Origin: Trichinella spiralis
Taxonomy: Eukaryota
Length of the DNA: 36,584 nt
Reading direction: 5' to 3'
NCBI RefSeq assembly: GCF_000181795.1
Contig: NW_003526945.1
Location: 1,980,971 to 2,017,554, forward strand
Part shown: positions 23,386 through 36,584 of the stretch, piece by piece
Layout of the letters: the number at the start of each line of letters is the position of its first letter
Position numbering within the stretch: position 1 is the stretch's first letter
The notes under the pieces: generated by a model
What the model was told of the DNA's origin: nothing
The model's input: only the letters and a program-made list of their open reading frames with translations
Databases searched by the model: none
Translations under genes and position numbers: made by a program

Positions 23386-23802
23386 ACGTTATTTGCATCT
23401 GAGAAATGAATTTAAAATTGGTCTAATGTGTTGTAATGACTGTACATTTCACAGAGTTTCGTTCATGTTATTTGCTTTAAGCGTTAAACTGACTTACTTC
23501 TAGAGGCATTTAATGAAATTTTGGAAGCAACTTGCTGAAAAACTACAACTTGCTTGTACGAATTAATTCATCTGATTTTTCAAGTAGTTCAAGTGTTTTT
23601 CATATTTCCTTCTTCATTCATATATTATAAAGTACCATACTGTGAACTGTTTTTTCTAAAAATTTGCTTAATACTGTTGTTGAATATTTATATTTAGTAA
23701 ACTGTTCACCGCTTGCAACGTTAAAAAAATAAAGACTGAAAGAAAATATGATGTCTCGCGCTTGCTGAAGAGCAGCACCATTTGAATCCTGCAATAATGA
23801 AT

Positions 23803-26800
23803 TCAACTCCACAGCTGCTGATTGATGTGACGACGATGATTTTGAGCTTTGGAAAATTCCCAGTTGTCGAAAAAGCGTAGGCCGGTTAGCAGTTCAATAT
23901 CGTGCACTGTTGCCGTGTGCGTGTACATATATTCTTCGGACGTCTGAAATTACGAAAGGAGGAAAATAGAAGTGAATTTCTAAAATTCAGAATTATGCTT
24001 TCATAGATGGGAAATAACGACTCTAATAATACAGCAATGAAAATGTACAGAAATGGGCAACAAACAAAGTGATGTGGCTTTTCGTGTCACCTGACAATTT
24101 TGAATCTGTTTCCGGTGTGGTATGGCAAACGACATCACTTCACTGTTCCCATCGCAAACGTTATCATCGCGCCAAGGTTGATCACATCGCAATAATATCA
24201 AATAATAATGCGTAGGAATGACTGTACTGTGGATTTTGCTGTGTATGAAATTAGGAAAAAATTAATTTTTTTAAATATTAGCACATTAATTTTAAATCGG
24301 TTGATTTGCGTACTGTTTGTCGATCAGCTCTTCGTGATCTGCTAATCCATCATGATCATAGTCAAAAATTGGACCACTAATGGCGACCAAATCACCATAC
24401 TGTTTGCTGTATTCGAGAGTTTTACTCAAGACAAAATTCCAAATTCCTAAAATTGCCCTGTCATTGTTGTGAATTTTATCAATAGCTCTGGTGCGAGTCA
24501 TACCATCGTAAAACGTTTGGTACATGGCACTTTTAGCTGAGTAAAGGACAGGTAGGAGGAAATCGCTTGTTGATTTTTGTGCAGAATCTGAAACAATAAA
24601 TCGCTTGATAATATCTTTGATTTTTTGTAGATTTATTTTACCTGTAACAAACGGCAAGATTGGATACAAGGAGATGCCAGCTTCGTGCAGCATGCTCTCG
24701 ATAGTTTCCTCTTGACTGCATGTTAAACTATTTTCGAGTGAAATTACGGTGCAAATTGTATGAGCATTCGAGGCAGTTTGCATTTTAGCTGTGATTCGAG
24801 TTTCAATCATTGATGTGTAGTGCATGTTATTGTCTCGCCAAAGCGTAAAACCGCAACCGTCAATCCAACATAAATTTTCTTTCGATTCTGAACAAACGTT
24901 CACTCGATAATTTGCAGCACAGTTTTCGGAAGGCAGTTTCTGAAAAGTGTGGATTTTAAAATCCACTTTTCTTTTATTGTACGTTAATTGACTGCCGCTT
25001 ACAATGTTCGTGCACAACGAGCACCGTGATGCGTTTGCGACGTTGTATTTGCATTTTGGTACTTGTTTCACTGCTGGTGGATCCAATTCTGGAGGATTAA
25101 TTTGAATCTCATGTAGTGCACCCAAGGTCCCGTTTGTGGAAGCTCGGGATTTCAGTTGTAACAAATCTGAGCAAATTAATTAAGTTAACTGAAACTGTGA
25201 ATTAGTCTATCAAGCCTTAGTAGTAGTGGTCACAAGATTACCAGCAACAAGATTGTAAATTTCGACGTTCTTGAACGGCTCTTGCACCACATAACCTTCC
25301 TTTATGCTTGGTCCTGTGCTGACAAACAAAGTGTGCATTGTTGGTATTCTGAAGTCAAAACCATGATCGCCTACCACTTCCCAACTCTTGTTTGTTCTAC
25401 AATAAATCGTACGTGTTTATGCAACAGTGCAATGCAATGTAATAATGTGTGTGTGTGTTGCTTAATTGCAGGCAAAATATCGTTTTCCAACTTTACTTCC
25501 AAATCTGAATTCCTGCATTGCCATCAAGAACAAGGTCGCCTATTCTGTTGCTCGAGGAAAAGTGCAAACGTTTTGGTACATCCATTCGATTGTAGACTCG
25601 GAATTCCGGTTGACATTGCAGTAAGTTTTCAGCAGTTTGCACACTGATGCCTTAAATATTCGTTTTTTTAAATGTCTCTATCTTGCACTTGTTCAAATTA
25701 TAAATTATTGCATGACAATTAAGCTTACAAACGTACTGGAATTTAGAATCATAATTCTTGCCACTGGTCCGCTGAATACTTCTATTCCGTTCATATTTTC
25801 CTCACCGTTGAAATATTTCTGCACACTAACTTCTTCCGGTATCATCTTTTGCATTCCTACGGTAAGTGTTAAAGCTAACCTTTTTTTCAACAACAACATG
25901 CAAATAGAAACATGCACAATCAACAATTATTTATTTATTATTGCACACATTCTGGTTGTTGGTTTCCAGAAAATAGGATTCTCAAGAAATTATCCATTAC
26001 ATGTTGTTCCGTTTGTTATTTTATAATTTTTTTTGATAAATGATCTTTCTTATGTTTAAATTTAGCGTAGCATTAATTTTGTTTAAATTTGAGAACAAAT
26101 TTCATCATACCGTGATCAGCTAGAATGATGACGTTGACGCAGTCGATTAGATCGTGCGTCTTTAGTTCAGTGAAAAGATAATTTATTACAGAATCGACGA
26201 ACAGCAACGTATCGCTCAGCTATATTGGAAAGGTTCTATTCAGTGTACAGTTTTAGTGTATCTGATAAAATAAAAAAAATACCGCTTCAGAGTCTGGCCC
26301 GTACGTATGTCCATCTTCATCTGGTTGGTTAAAATACACATTGATTAGAGAGGGCCTTTGGTCGTCGGGAAGCTGAAGCCATTTAATCACTTTGTCAATT
26401 CTGTTTGCGAATGGTAGAGATGAGTTGTATTTTTCTGCATATGTACCATTCATGTCTGAAAAGACAGGAATGCAAAATTAGTCCATTGAATAATTCCACA
26501 ATTCTCTTCTAATGAAGTTACTTTGAATGTATTTATCTGAGCCTGGCCAATTGAATGGAGCAGCCTTCATTCCATTTTTCATTACAGTATTCCATATCTG
26601 AAAAAAAAAATTTTTTTTCAAGTTTCTTTTTCAATTTTAGTTTATTTGAATGTTGGCATTATTGCTAGGTGATGTAGGTTTTTGTTCAACTGTTCAAAAA
26701 CGTTCGTGAAACGGCATCTATTTGTTTGTTATAAAAGTGCGACAAAAAATAATTTGATCAGTTTTACCGGTTCTCCGAGCCACCATTTTGGATTATCAGA

Positions 26801-28070
26801 ATGCTTCATGGTGAATAGCTGCTCTTCAGCAATCGGTGAGATCGTTTTGTCTAGCATTCTGTTGTCTATAATTCCATGCGACTCTGGATACAGTCCCTGA
26901 ATGATGTATTTTCAAAGTTATCAGATTTAATTTACTTCATTTCATATTCATACCGTTACAATGGTGTAATGATTTGGAAACGTTTTGCTCGGGTAGCTTG
27001 CGTACATAAACGGTGACGTGGAACCACATTCGATTAATTTTTGCATTGCGTTGGTTTTGTTCCGTTTTAAGTAATCGGCGCGGAATCCGTCCAAAGAGAC
27101 CATAAGTACCACGGGAAGATCCCAACTTGAAAAAAAATCATTGATAGTTTGTAAAATGGAATAGGTTTTATGAAAAAGAAAATAAATAATTATGTGCCAT
27201 TTGTATTATGCTAACAGCTTTCACTGATTTCACCTTTTGCTGAGCAACTTCAGTTTTCTTCTTCTTCTAATACCCCTGACAGTTTTGGTACGTTTCTCAC
27301 AAAGATGATGAATTCTGAAATTGTCTTCGATTCAATGTTCCAATAATGCATGCAGTATGAAAAATGCAATGCAGTATTGTTTTTGTTTTCCAAATTGAAG
27401 CTTGAATTCAAAATTGCTTTGTTGACGTTGAAACATTTCCAGTTATGGCAAGCAGTTAGTTGAAATTGGCCAAAAAACGACGTTGTTGCAACGAAGGTGA
27501 TGCATCTTCTTGAAAAATATCAATTGATCCATTTCAATATGTGCTTCACAAGCAAAACTATTTTGTGTTGTTGCTGATAAAATTCAAATTCAACTATTTA
27601 CACAAATCATAAGCGATAGAAGACGAGGAGGAGGAGGAAAACATTCCTTTATCAAACGTACAGATCATTCAAGCATTGTGTGTATGTATGTATGCAGGTA
27701 GTAGCTGTACGATGTATCATCTATTAGCAGTGGACATTGAACGTATCAAAGATGTGAAATCTCTTTGATACACTAGCATAGTCAACTCATTTATAATTGA
27801 TCATGATAATGACAGATCGATCAGAGACAGAACTTACTGTTTGGGACAAATTCTTTTCCTGTTGCAAACATCACTGTGCCATCTGTCTGCAACTTCCGGA
27901 GATTGGGATTTTCTTGAGGTAGCCACACAAATCAAGGCAATTAGAAGCGCTAACGGGATCAAAATTGCCAGACAAACGAGCAGCCATTTTGTGCGTGACA
28001 TTTGCCAGTTGTGCGTTATTGTTGCACTTCTCATCATTTCCAACGGTGCGGTGCCTGAAAATGCCGGCAT
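23803..28070 (-). CDS. Ectonucleotide pyrophosphatase/phosphodiesterase (ENPP1/3-like, type II membrane protein with C-terminal nuclease-like domain), 12 exons, about 820 aa
   Basis: N-terminal transmembrane segment (WLLVCLAILIPLALLIALICV). Motifs [37 protein letters not shown] (catalytic Thr), WWLGEPIW, WPGSD, QPDEDGHTYGP, ILADHGM, GDHGFD, FKNVEIYNL. Nuclease-like domain with EF-hand GPIFDYDHDGLAD, IPTHYY and DIELLTGLRFF. In-frame TGA upstream of ATG 28070; stop at 23803. Confidence 0.96.
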
Positions 28071-29797
28071 GTTATCGTCTGGAACAGTTGCTCAGAAGGA
28101 AAAGCTGGGCAAAAAACAATTTCAAAATTATTTATTGCATTCATTGAGAAGTGGTGGTCTCTGAAGTGGAGTGATTTTCTGAAGTGAGCAGCCAGTCTTC
28201 GTGAGTTGGTTAATTTCTCGGTGATGTGCTTGCAGGCAGCCGTCTGTCTAGGTGTATTGGTGGAAAACAGCACTTTTTGCTGTTTGTTCAACAAAATCTC
28301 TGACGAACAGCAAGCACCTCTTTCTTCTTCTTTTATTCGTTCAAAACATTTTTCCAATCTTTTTCTTGTTGTCCAATCAAAAGATAAATTGAGAAGTATT
28401 TTGTGTTTAATCGATATAATGAACTGGGTGTTGTCAAAATTGTCTTTCTTATTAACTGTTTTTTGTATCTTTTTTTTGTTACATGCTTCTTTGGTTTTTC
28501 CCATCAAATTCAGTGTCAAGGAAGTTTTGTCTTTTCCAATTGTCCAACTCTTGAACTTCCAAATCTCACCTGCTAATAACAGTACTGGTTTCTGAACTGT
28601 ATTTATATTCTATTCCAAAGCAGATGATCAGCGTACATGTATATGAATATTCATCATGCACAACAACCATAGGCATTTTTATCGGCATTTTTCATGCATT
28701 TAAGCTGTCATTTACACTACCTGTTGATTTGATTTTGGTGATTCTGGAAAACTTTTTACAACAAGTATTTTGAAAATGTGCGCATTAAATGGGCCGTATG
28801 TTTCACAAATTGACACAATCTATCACAAGTGTTTTAATCACCGCTAGCTTGAGGCAGTGAAAATTGTTCAAACCAGTGCACGTAGGCTTGTTTTACATTG
28901 TTGTGCCTAAATGAAACACTGCCCAAAAGTGCAATCTTTAATTCCAACGCTACGCAAATGATATGCCGTTGGTTTTTTTTTCTTTGCTTTTGCTTCTGCT
29001 TTTTAGGTGCTCTATGAGTAATATGCTGTCTTTGTTTGTTGTTGTCGAAATGGACAGTAGCTCAGTAATGTGCATTAGATGTCTCGTATTTTTTTTTAAT
29101 ATTACGCTTTAGCTAAAACATTTAAAAATTTAAAAACAAACGATGCGGGTGTAAGATTTTTGTTGTGCAATGCAAACTTCTGCCATTGCAAATAGTCAGT
29201 TGTTTGCTAGTAAAACAATTCAGCGGACCTTTTGATGTTGACAAATGAGAAAAGCTGTAATTTAACAGTTGCATTATAAGCGTCTGTCATATTGATGACA
29301 TTGTCATCACTGTCAACTCGTTCAAACTATGAAAAATGCAGATAATGTTATTAGGGAAAATTTATTATTCGTTTTAGTTTTTGTTTGTTTAATCTTCGAT
29401 CAGTGTAAGCTTTGCTCATGCAGAATGATGTTGCTTGCTTATTTATATTTAGGATGCGTTGTGAACAAAAAATTGAAATTTTTTTCGGCATATTTTGGAA
29501 TATTTTACAATTTCTGTGGTTTCAAATATGAAAAATTATCAATTCACTAGCGAATTAGACACACGTTTAGAAGCGGTTGCTTTTGGTGTCATGGTGCGTG
29601 ACAAAATTGCTTTACAAAACACTTGCTATTATTGGTTGATTGTTGTTAACAATTTGGGAAATATTAGAGCAGAAAAGTGAATTATTTCTATTATTGTAAA
29701 ATTCAGTTATTGTAAATTGATTTCAAAATTAGCAATAATAATTATTATTATTTAGTTGCAATTTTTAATGAACTACGTTTCAACGGGTGATGGTGCA

Positions 29798-29820
29798 TCC
29801 TCCTCCTCCTCCTCCTCCTC
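29798..29820. repeat. (TCC)n microsatellite
   Basis: tcctcctcctcctcctcctcctc. Confidence 0.95.
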
Positions 29821-32222
29821 TTACCTGATCAGCTATTTATTCTCTAAAGTGAAATAGGAGTGTGATTGATGAAAAATCAACAAAACCAGTTGAATACTTT
29901 TTCCAAATCTTGATCAAGTTTTGATGATAAGAGCACAACGTTCGGATACTGCTATTAAGCAAACATGCTAGTTTTGTTTGAAACTGATTTCCATCTTTTG
30001 AAAATTTCTCTCCCCAAATCTTTGCACAGTTAGTTAGCCCAGCTTCAGCATAAAAAATAGAAAGAATGAATAGTTTTTATTTTTTGTAAAAATAATTAAT
30101 GGTTTTTTGAAATAATTAATTATTAGTTGCTGATCAACAAATGCTGCTTTGTCAGCAAATGGACGATAAATGACCGGCTGTTGATTGTGAAGCTAGCAAT
30201 TGTAAAAGTTGAAGGTTTGCTCATCAAAACTTGTCAAGTGGGAAATGCAATTTACATTTTTCTTTACCCACCAGCTTCATCGTTTATTGCAATATATTTG
30301 CTCAGCATAATTGAACAAACAAAACAAGCAAACAAATATTGGACTGCGATCAAAGTTCATTTGCAATAATCGATATTAGCATTGGTTTCTGAAGATTGTT
30401 TTTTATTATGAAATTTCAACTATTTGGCAGCTTTTGTTCAATTTTTTTCAGTTTAACCGTTTTTGAATTGTTGAACGAGTTGACGATAATTTTTTATTGT
30501 GTCAAAGAAAACGCTCAACAAGTAATAATTCTTGTTAGAAGTGAAATAAATATCTGTTATTCGTGCATGCAAATTGAAACTCATTCATTCTCCCGTGTTA
30601 GTAGAATCTGTTCAAATGTAATCCATTTTTATATCTCAATTGTATTATCAGCCACAAATTTGAGAAATTAATTTTCACATATTAATCTCATCATCAGATT
30701 ATTTGTCATGTTCAACAATCAGCCAGATTGCTTTGCTGATCAGTGTGCTATTTATATGAAAAGAATGCTCAGTTCATTTTTAATTTGTCGTGCAAAAATT
30801 AGCTTTCTACACTGGGAGTCATCTTTTATGAGATTGCTCTTAAATCGTCAATTCGGTTCACCGACAGTAGCATTGAGCTTACTGATCGATTGTATTCCTA
30901 TTCATATGTGTATGTGTAATAAATGGAATAAATTCAGATGTAAAGAAAATTTTTATAAAAATAAAGTTAAAAAATGATTTACTTTCTGTTTCGAAGCTGC
31001 TAGTGTTGGCATTCAATTGCATTCTTCTAAATAATAAATGATGAGGCAAAGATATAGATGCAGAAATTAGAATATATGTGTGAATATGGATATGTTAAAT
31101 TAAATTTTAAAAAATTTCAGCTTATCAGTTTTATATATTTGTATCAAAGAATGAAAAAAAATAGTTTTTATCAAATCAAGTGTTTGATTTGACGAGAAAA
31201 TGCATCGGTTGTCATATTTTTCTATGAAAAATTGACAAATCTAGTCTTATTTACATATTACTCGCGGCATTTGTTGTGTTGCATTTTATTATGAATTGTT
31301 CGGCTTTAGCTGTTTATTTATCAGTTCAATCATCCGAACTCGATCAAATGCGCAATGCACGTCGAAAAATTGTTGAAATAATACAAAATGCACGTTGTTC
31401 AATATCTATACATATACACATTTTATTGTATGTTTGGTTTGTTTGGGCAATAATCAAATCAGGCAAATCAACCAGTGTTGTTAATTATAACGTCAAAAAT
31501 ATGACCTTTCTTTTAAAAAAATTGTTTGTTCCATTTTTTAAATAGAGAATTTCCTAAAATGTGTAACAATTTGATTGTTATTGAAAAATTATAATTGCTC
31601 TTCATTTGATCATTAATCATAATTTGCTTTTGTAAAAAAATATTAGTTTGCAGTTTAATGATGTAACAAATGGTAGTGAAAATGGAAATGAAACATTTTT
31701 TGAAAACTGCACATAATAATGTTGCTATTCGAGTTGTTAAAGTGTGCATAATATTGCTAATTTGGTTTGCCGATGAAATTCATTTCCGCATTTCACATAT
31801 TTGTGTGCAATTAATTAGTGGTTGAGGAGAATAATGATTGGTTTCGTTGATACATTCAGAGAAATTTCTGTTTTGAGTTATTTATTTATTCATAAAAAAG
31901 GTTGGTTGGTCCAAGAAAGTTTCAATTCAATTCAGTTTGCCATTTATCGTCTGCATAAATTGTGATTCAACATGAATTAATAATGTAGCATTTTTTGAAT
32001 AAATATTTCATGACTAATAATTAAGATATTTTGCATTTTATCAACGGTGGGGAATAATTGCTAAATTTCATAATAGCACAAAGTGTGATAAATATCCGCA
32101 AGCAGTTTTGTTGGGTTAGCAGTTTCTGTGGGATATAATATGCAAAATTTCATTTTGTGCATTTCAAGCTCAGTCAGTTACGAGCTCAGTTTTTAGGCGC
32201 TGCTGGTCTTGGTGACAAAACG

Positions 32223-35216
32223 ATGGACGTATCGAAATGGATGAGCCGGTTGAATTATCCCGGCCCAGCGTTGGAGCCACATGAAATGGAAATGTTTGTT
32301 TTTAATGTTGGAAATAACAAAAAAAAAATAAACAGCTTACCTGAAGCTTTTCACATTTTTGTCCGTTTAGAATAGAACATGAAAAGCAGTTGCATCCATT
32401 TTTGGAATTTCTATTTCACCACGTCCATTCGCTGCAGTATGTTCAGGTTTAAAGTTCTTCTCAGTTCTTGCTTTTTTTAATTTTATTTTTTGCTATGTTT
32501 TTGATGCAATCCGAATTTCAACTGTTCAGTTGTTTTTAGTTTGTTTTATTGAAACAAACTGAACGAGCGAATAAAATTATTGTAATATATATTTTTTTAT
32601 TTCAATTTCCAGAGTTCAAAATATGAAGTATTTACAAACAAGCAGCTGTTTAAAAGATGCTAAAAAAGAAGCAGATTGCCTGGATGATATTGGTAAATAA
32701 TAATGAGTATTATTTTTGGTGTTCTGTTTTGATTTTTCATATTATATACTATTATTGTTCAGGCCAAAAAATGGAGAAGGCGAAGTTCGCGACTGCGTCG
32801 ATGGACTGCCATTTAACGCTTGCAATGGATTTGTATGAGAACATTTTTGAAAAAGCGAACGAAATTGATCAACTACTTGAACCTGTACCGAATGCATTGC
32901 AATTATCGAACGACTGGGAAAATTATTTTCCACGGCTCTGGTAACAGAGAAGCAGATCAAACAGTTATTACACAGATTACTGAAATGCGTTTATAGCGAA
33001 AGTTTTCATCAAACAGTTGAACTTTGCGTGGTTGCTGAACAGGAGAACAATCTTTTGAAGCGTATTATGGAATTTGACCCTGAAAATCATTTCGACAACG
33101 AGTATAATCAACTATGAAACTTTGATTTATTAAAAAAAATTATTCATTTAAGGATCAAAGGTATGTGGCATGAAATTTCCGTTAAGAAATTCGATGTAAG
33201 CTTAAATTTGTTATTTTCTATTCAAAATGTCTTGCTAGCTGTTTACACACTAATAATAATCGGTTTTTAATAGCATGCTTTTTTTGAATTTAAACAACAA
33301 CACATCAATCAATTGAATAATAAATAATACTCTGCGTAAAGAATAATAAATCACTACTTTTCAATTTATTAATAATAATATTATTATTGCTATTAATTTG
33401 TAAAGCTTTTGCAGGAAGTTTTTAACTTAATAATTGGCACTGATTTGCCGATTTGTGGATTTTTGAATTGTCCATTCGAAAAGTATTACACTGCCGAAGT
33501 TTGTGATTTTATCACTGCTGAAATATCCAGACGTTGTGCAACAGCAGGCAGCAGCAATGCAAGTGTTTCTTCGATTGGGTAATATTTCTGCTTCAAATTC
33601 TAAGTTGTGAACATTAAAATAACAAACAAACAATTATAACGATCACTTTCTAAATTAAATAAAAAAAATGCATTTCACTTCTTTTTTAATTGGGCAAATA
33701 TTTTGGAAAGTTTATTTTTTTTGTTGTTTTTGCAATGCAGAAGATCGTGATTTTTTCCAATTTTACATTAACATTTTTTGTGCATGATTTGGCTTAGTGG
33801 TTTTTGATTTACTCCCATCTAATACATTACACATTAAATTTATAGCGTATGGATTGATGAGAAACTGAAACATCGTTATTTGGCTTTTGTTTCAAATTTT
33901 TTGCAAAGATCAGCAGTGGAACACTCAAAAGCAGGCAATGCACTTGCTTGCTATTTTGGTTCAGTGAAAAATTTATTAGAAGAAAACATAAAACAGAATG
34001 TAAAACTGACATTACTGTGAGGAAGAAAAGTGAATAATTGATTAATTACTGTTTCAGCTGGAGAATATAAATAATCTTCTTTCCAACTGCAAAACGCTAC
34101 ACAATCTCATAAATGATGTCGAAAAGAAGCTGTCTGAAGTGAGTTAGTTCAATATGAATTTATTCGCCTGATAAATAGTGATAAATTTAATTTTGATATC
34201 TTATAACGGTGATAATTTTCTTTTTGATTTCTTTTTTGCATATATTCAACATTGCAGATGTAAATTCTATCACTTTTTATAGGAACGATGTGTTTTCGAA
34301 CATTTTTCAAATACGAATGTATTTTGTTACAAGGATTTTGGTAATTTTCGTATGAAGCGGTCTTTTGATTACTCAAAACAGCTTCGTGAAATTAACTATG
34401 ATTTTATAAAGTGCATATTGAACTTAGTTTTGTCTTTGGAAAACACTATTCAATAGCAGTTTTATTTTGAAGATCTGTTACTGTCACCATACCCTACAAA
34501 GGCGCAACAACATTCCACGCGAATTCTGCATGTTTTGTAAATTTTTTGATCATTTACTTCATTTCAAATAACCTGTCTCGATTAAACGATTATTCTTTGA
34601 TTATTATAAATTTGATTCTTTGTTTATTTCCTATTTTTATAGCCAGTCACGTTGGATACCACTATTCGCAAGATAATTGAATTCAGCTTCAACAAAATGT
34701 TGGATGAGACACAGTCCTACGAGAAAGGTATTCACAAGTGTACATGCATTTTTTCAATTTTCAACACTGTCTATATCGAAATATGAAACAATTTATTTCA
34801 ATTTTCATTTCAGCGTTAACTTATGCTGTAGAACGGTGTAAAGCAGCAACTGACGAAATGAAGCAAAAAATTGCAAAATGTGAAGAAACCGTAGAGTCGT
34901 TGAAGAATACGACTTTTTTGGAAAATTTGTAAATAATCAGTTTCTACTAATAACAGTTTCGCATTTTCCAATAGTCAAATTTCATGGATTACGGCCAAAT
35001 CGAAAATGAGAATACACGACATTAACATTCCATACAAAGTACGTAATATTTTTCACTAACGCGCACCAATGGACATTTTTACAACTTGAAAACAGTTAAT
35101 ATTTTTCATATGTAAATTTCAATAAATTGTGTGCTTTTCTCCAGACTGTTTTTTATTTCTGCAATTCAACTGAACCGAGATTTACTTTCTTACTTTATCA
35201 ATTGAATACACGATAA
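32223..35216 (+). CDS. Predicted helical/coiled-coil protein, about 464 aa, 15 exons; N-terminus resembles augmin HAUS3/HAUS5 (tentative)
   Basis: Exons 32223-32293, 32371-32436, 32613-32692, 32763-32940, 32997-33101, 33153-33195, 33415-33578, 33846-33999, 34058-34138, 34283-34340, 34473-34531, 34643-34727, 34814-34928, 34975-35038, 35145-35216. All introns are GT-AG and phase-consistent with an open frame. The last exon is the least certain (read-through would stop near 35059). The confidence is for the gene, not the HAUS call. Confidence 0.85.
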
Positions 35217-35355
35217 AGTTCACTGAGCATCGTTTGATTTTAATCAATCAATTTATGAAACTAAAAAATCACATTTCCAGAAAAGTGCAACAAATCACTA
35301 ATAGAAATGAGAATTATTCAAAACAAATAGGAACAAAAGAAACGTGCAAAAATTT

Positions 35356-35997
35356 CTAATAATATGCAATCTATGATTGTAGGCGAAAATTGGAAAAAGA
35401 AATGGCTAGCAGAGTGAAAATTTACAGATGAAACGAATAGATCATTATGCAAAAAGGCCGATGCAATCAGATATCGTTGCAGATAATGCTCATCTATCAA
35501 GCGGAAACAATCAAAAAATTGCATAAACAACTATTACATATTTGAAAGATACAGTAAGGCATAAATGAAAAACAGGAACAATTCTTGTTAAAATAAATTC
35601 CCTTTTTCAAGTGAAAGTTTTGATAGATTTGCTGTAAACATCAATGACACTACTCCACATGCACATTTATTGAACAATTACTTGTCATTACTTTTTATTT
35701 CGATTTCAGTAAAATTCTATTTTAAGTTAATTCACAAAAAATTTTTCACGAAAATTGCAAAATTTCAAGGGCTACAGATTTGGTTATTTTTGCGAAAATC
35801 GGCGAAAAATTTGTTTTCCAAATTTGGACTTTTTTTGATTGTAATAATTTTATATTGATAAAAGATTGTATTTACTAGAGTATCATCCAAAACCAGCCAG
35901 CAGGTGTGGAATAAATTGGCTCTAAGTTTGCGAAACTGCCTAACTGAATACATAGAGAAGTCGCCCATCAGTAAATCTCTTTCAACCGAAGCAGAGA
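35356..35997 (-). CDS. Tentative 3' exons of an unknown gene entering from the right
   Basis: Phase-compatible chain ...SASVERDLLMGDFSMYSVRQFRKLRANLFHTCWLVLDDTL (to 35876) / PLKFCNFREKFF (35771-35736) / QIYQNFHLKKGIYFNKNCSCFSFMPYCIFQI / YEHYLQRYLIASAFLHNDLFVSS / IAYY* (stop at 35356). Upstream exons could not be resolved. Confidence 0.4.
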
Positions 35998-36584
35998 CTA
36001 TGAATTTCTGCACGTGAAATATTTTTGACATCAAATCTGACAAATTTCTACTAATGTATCTTTTTTACGATCAACTGAATTGAATTTTTGAAATAACCGC
36101 TTTTAAATGATCATTAATTTCTGCGAATCACAACGTAAGCGTTGTAAGTGTTTACTTTGCTAAAAAGTAAACATTTCATGGAATGTGGTGCCCATTACGA
36201 TCTTTTTTCATTTAATAAACTTCCCATTTATACCAAATGTGTGGCTAATTGAATTCACTTTCGCTATGAAAGAACGATGCAATGACGATTTGCATAATTA
36301 GCATAATATGTAGTCGCCCAGGGTGAACGTTTATTACAAATGTTATGAAATTAAATAAATTCACAATTCATTTCAAACTATTGGGCTCATGCATAGTATG
36401 TATTCGAATCTGTAGAAGAATCCAGCAGTTTGTACGGTGAAACATATTCCATGCTTCACAGAAACTACGGCATATTGTAAAATAATTTTACGATTATTCC
36501 AAACAATTATTTGGCAATTATAGGTATGTAAATATTTAATAATCCGCAATTGATGATTTTTTGAGAAATGTAATGAAGTGCCGG

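Noticed and set aside
31171..31192. Perfect 9-bp hairpin TCAAATCAA-gtgt-TTGATTTGA (similar short ones near 7412 and 29291)
   Set aside because: Too short for a miRNA or MITE and expected by chance.
28034..31749. Short ORFs on both strands between ENPP and the HAUS-like gene
   Set aside because: AT-biased F/I/K/N-rich translations; the splice chains I tried hit stop codons. Probably UTR or intergenic.
1..36584. tRNA, rRNA, snRNA, miRNA, CRISPR or prokaryotic defence systems
   Set aside because: No recognisable matches by eye, and the context is eukaryotic. An Infernal/Rfam scan would be needed to exclude small RNAs.

Overview
Eukaryotic, AT-rich, intron-dense genomic DNA. It is most consistent with a nematode, probably a clade I parasite such as Trichinella; this is inferred from short 45-90 nt introns, degenerate splice sites and an LRK-1-like gene. 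The ORF track fragments most genes, so I spliced them by hand. Left to right: (1) a tentative minus-strand membrane-protein gene running off the left edge, whose possible ~4 kb intron would contain (2) an intronless 296-aa orphan ORF on +; (3) an intronless transaldolase; (4) a 4-exon gene on - for a 157-aa secreted protein built from two copies of an unrecognised C-x39-C helical module; (5) a ~30-exon LRRK/LRK-1 Roco kinase (ANK-LRR-ROC-COR-kinase-WD40); (6) a convergent 12-exon ENPP-family ecto-nucleotide pyrophosphatase/phosphodiesterase; (7) a 15-exon, ~464-aa helical protein whose N-terminus resembles augmin HAUS3/HAUS5, a complex absent from C. elegans; (8) the tentative 3' end of another minus-strand gene. 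I found no RNA genes, mobile elements or CRISPR arrays. The best novelty candidates are the duplicated-module secreted protein, the augmin-like gene and the nested orphan ORF.
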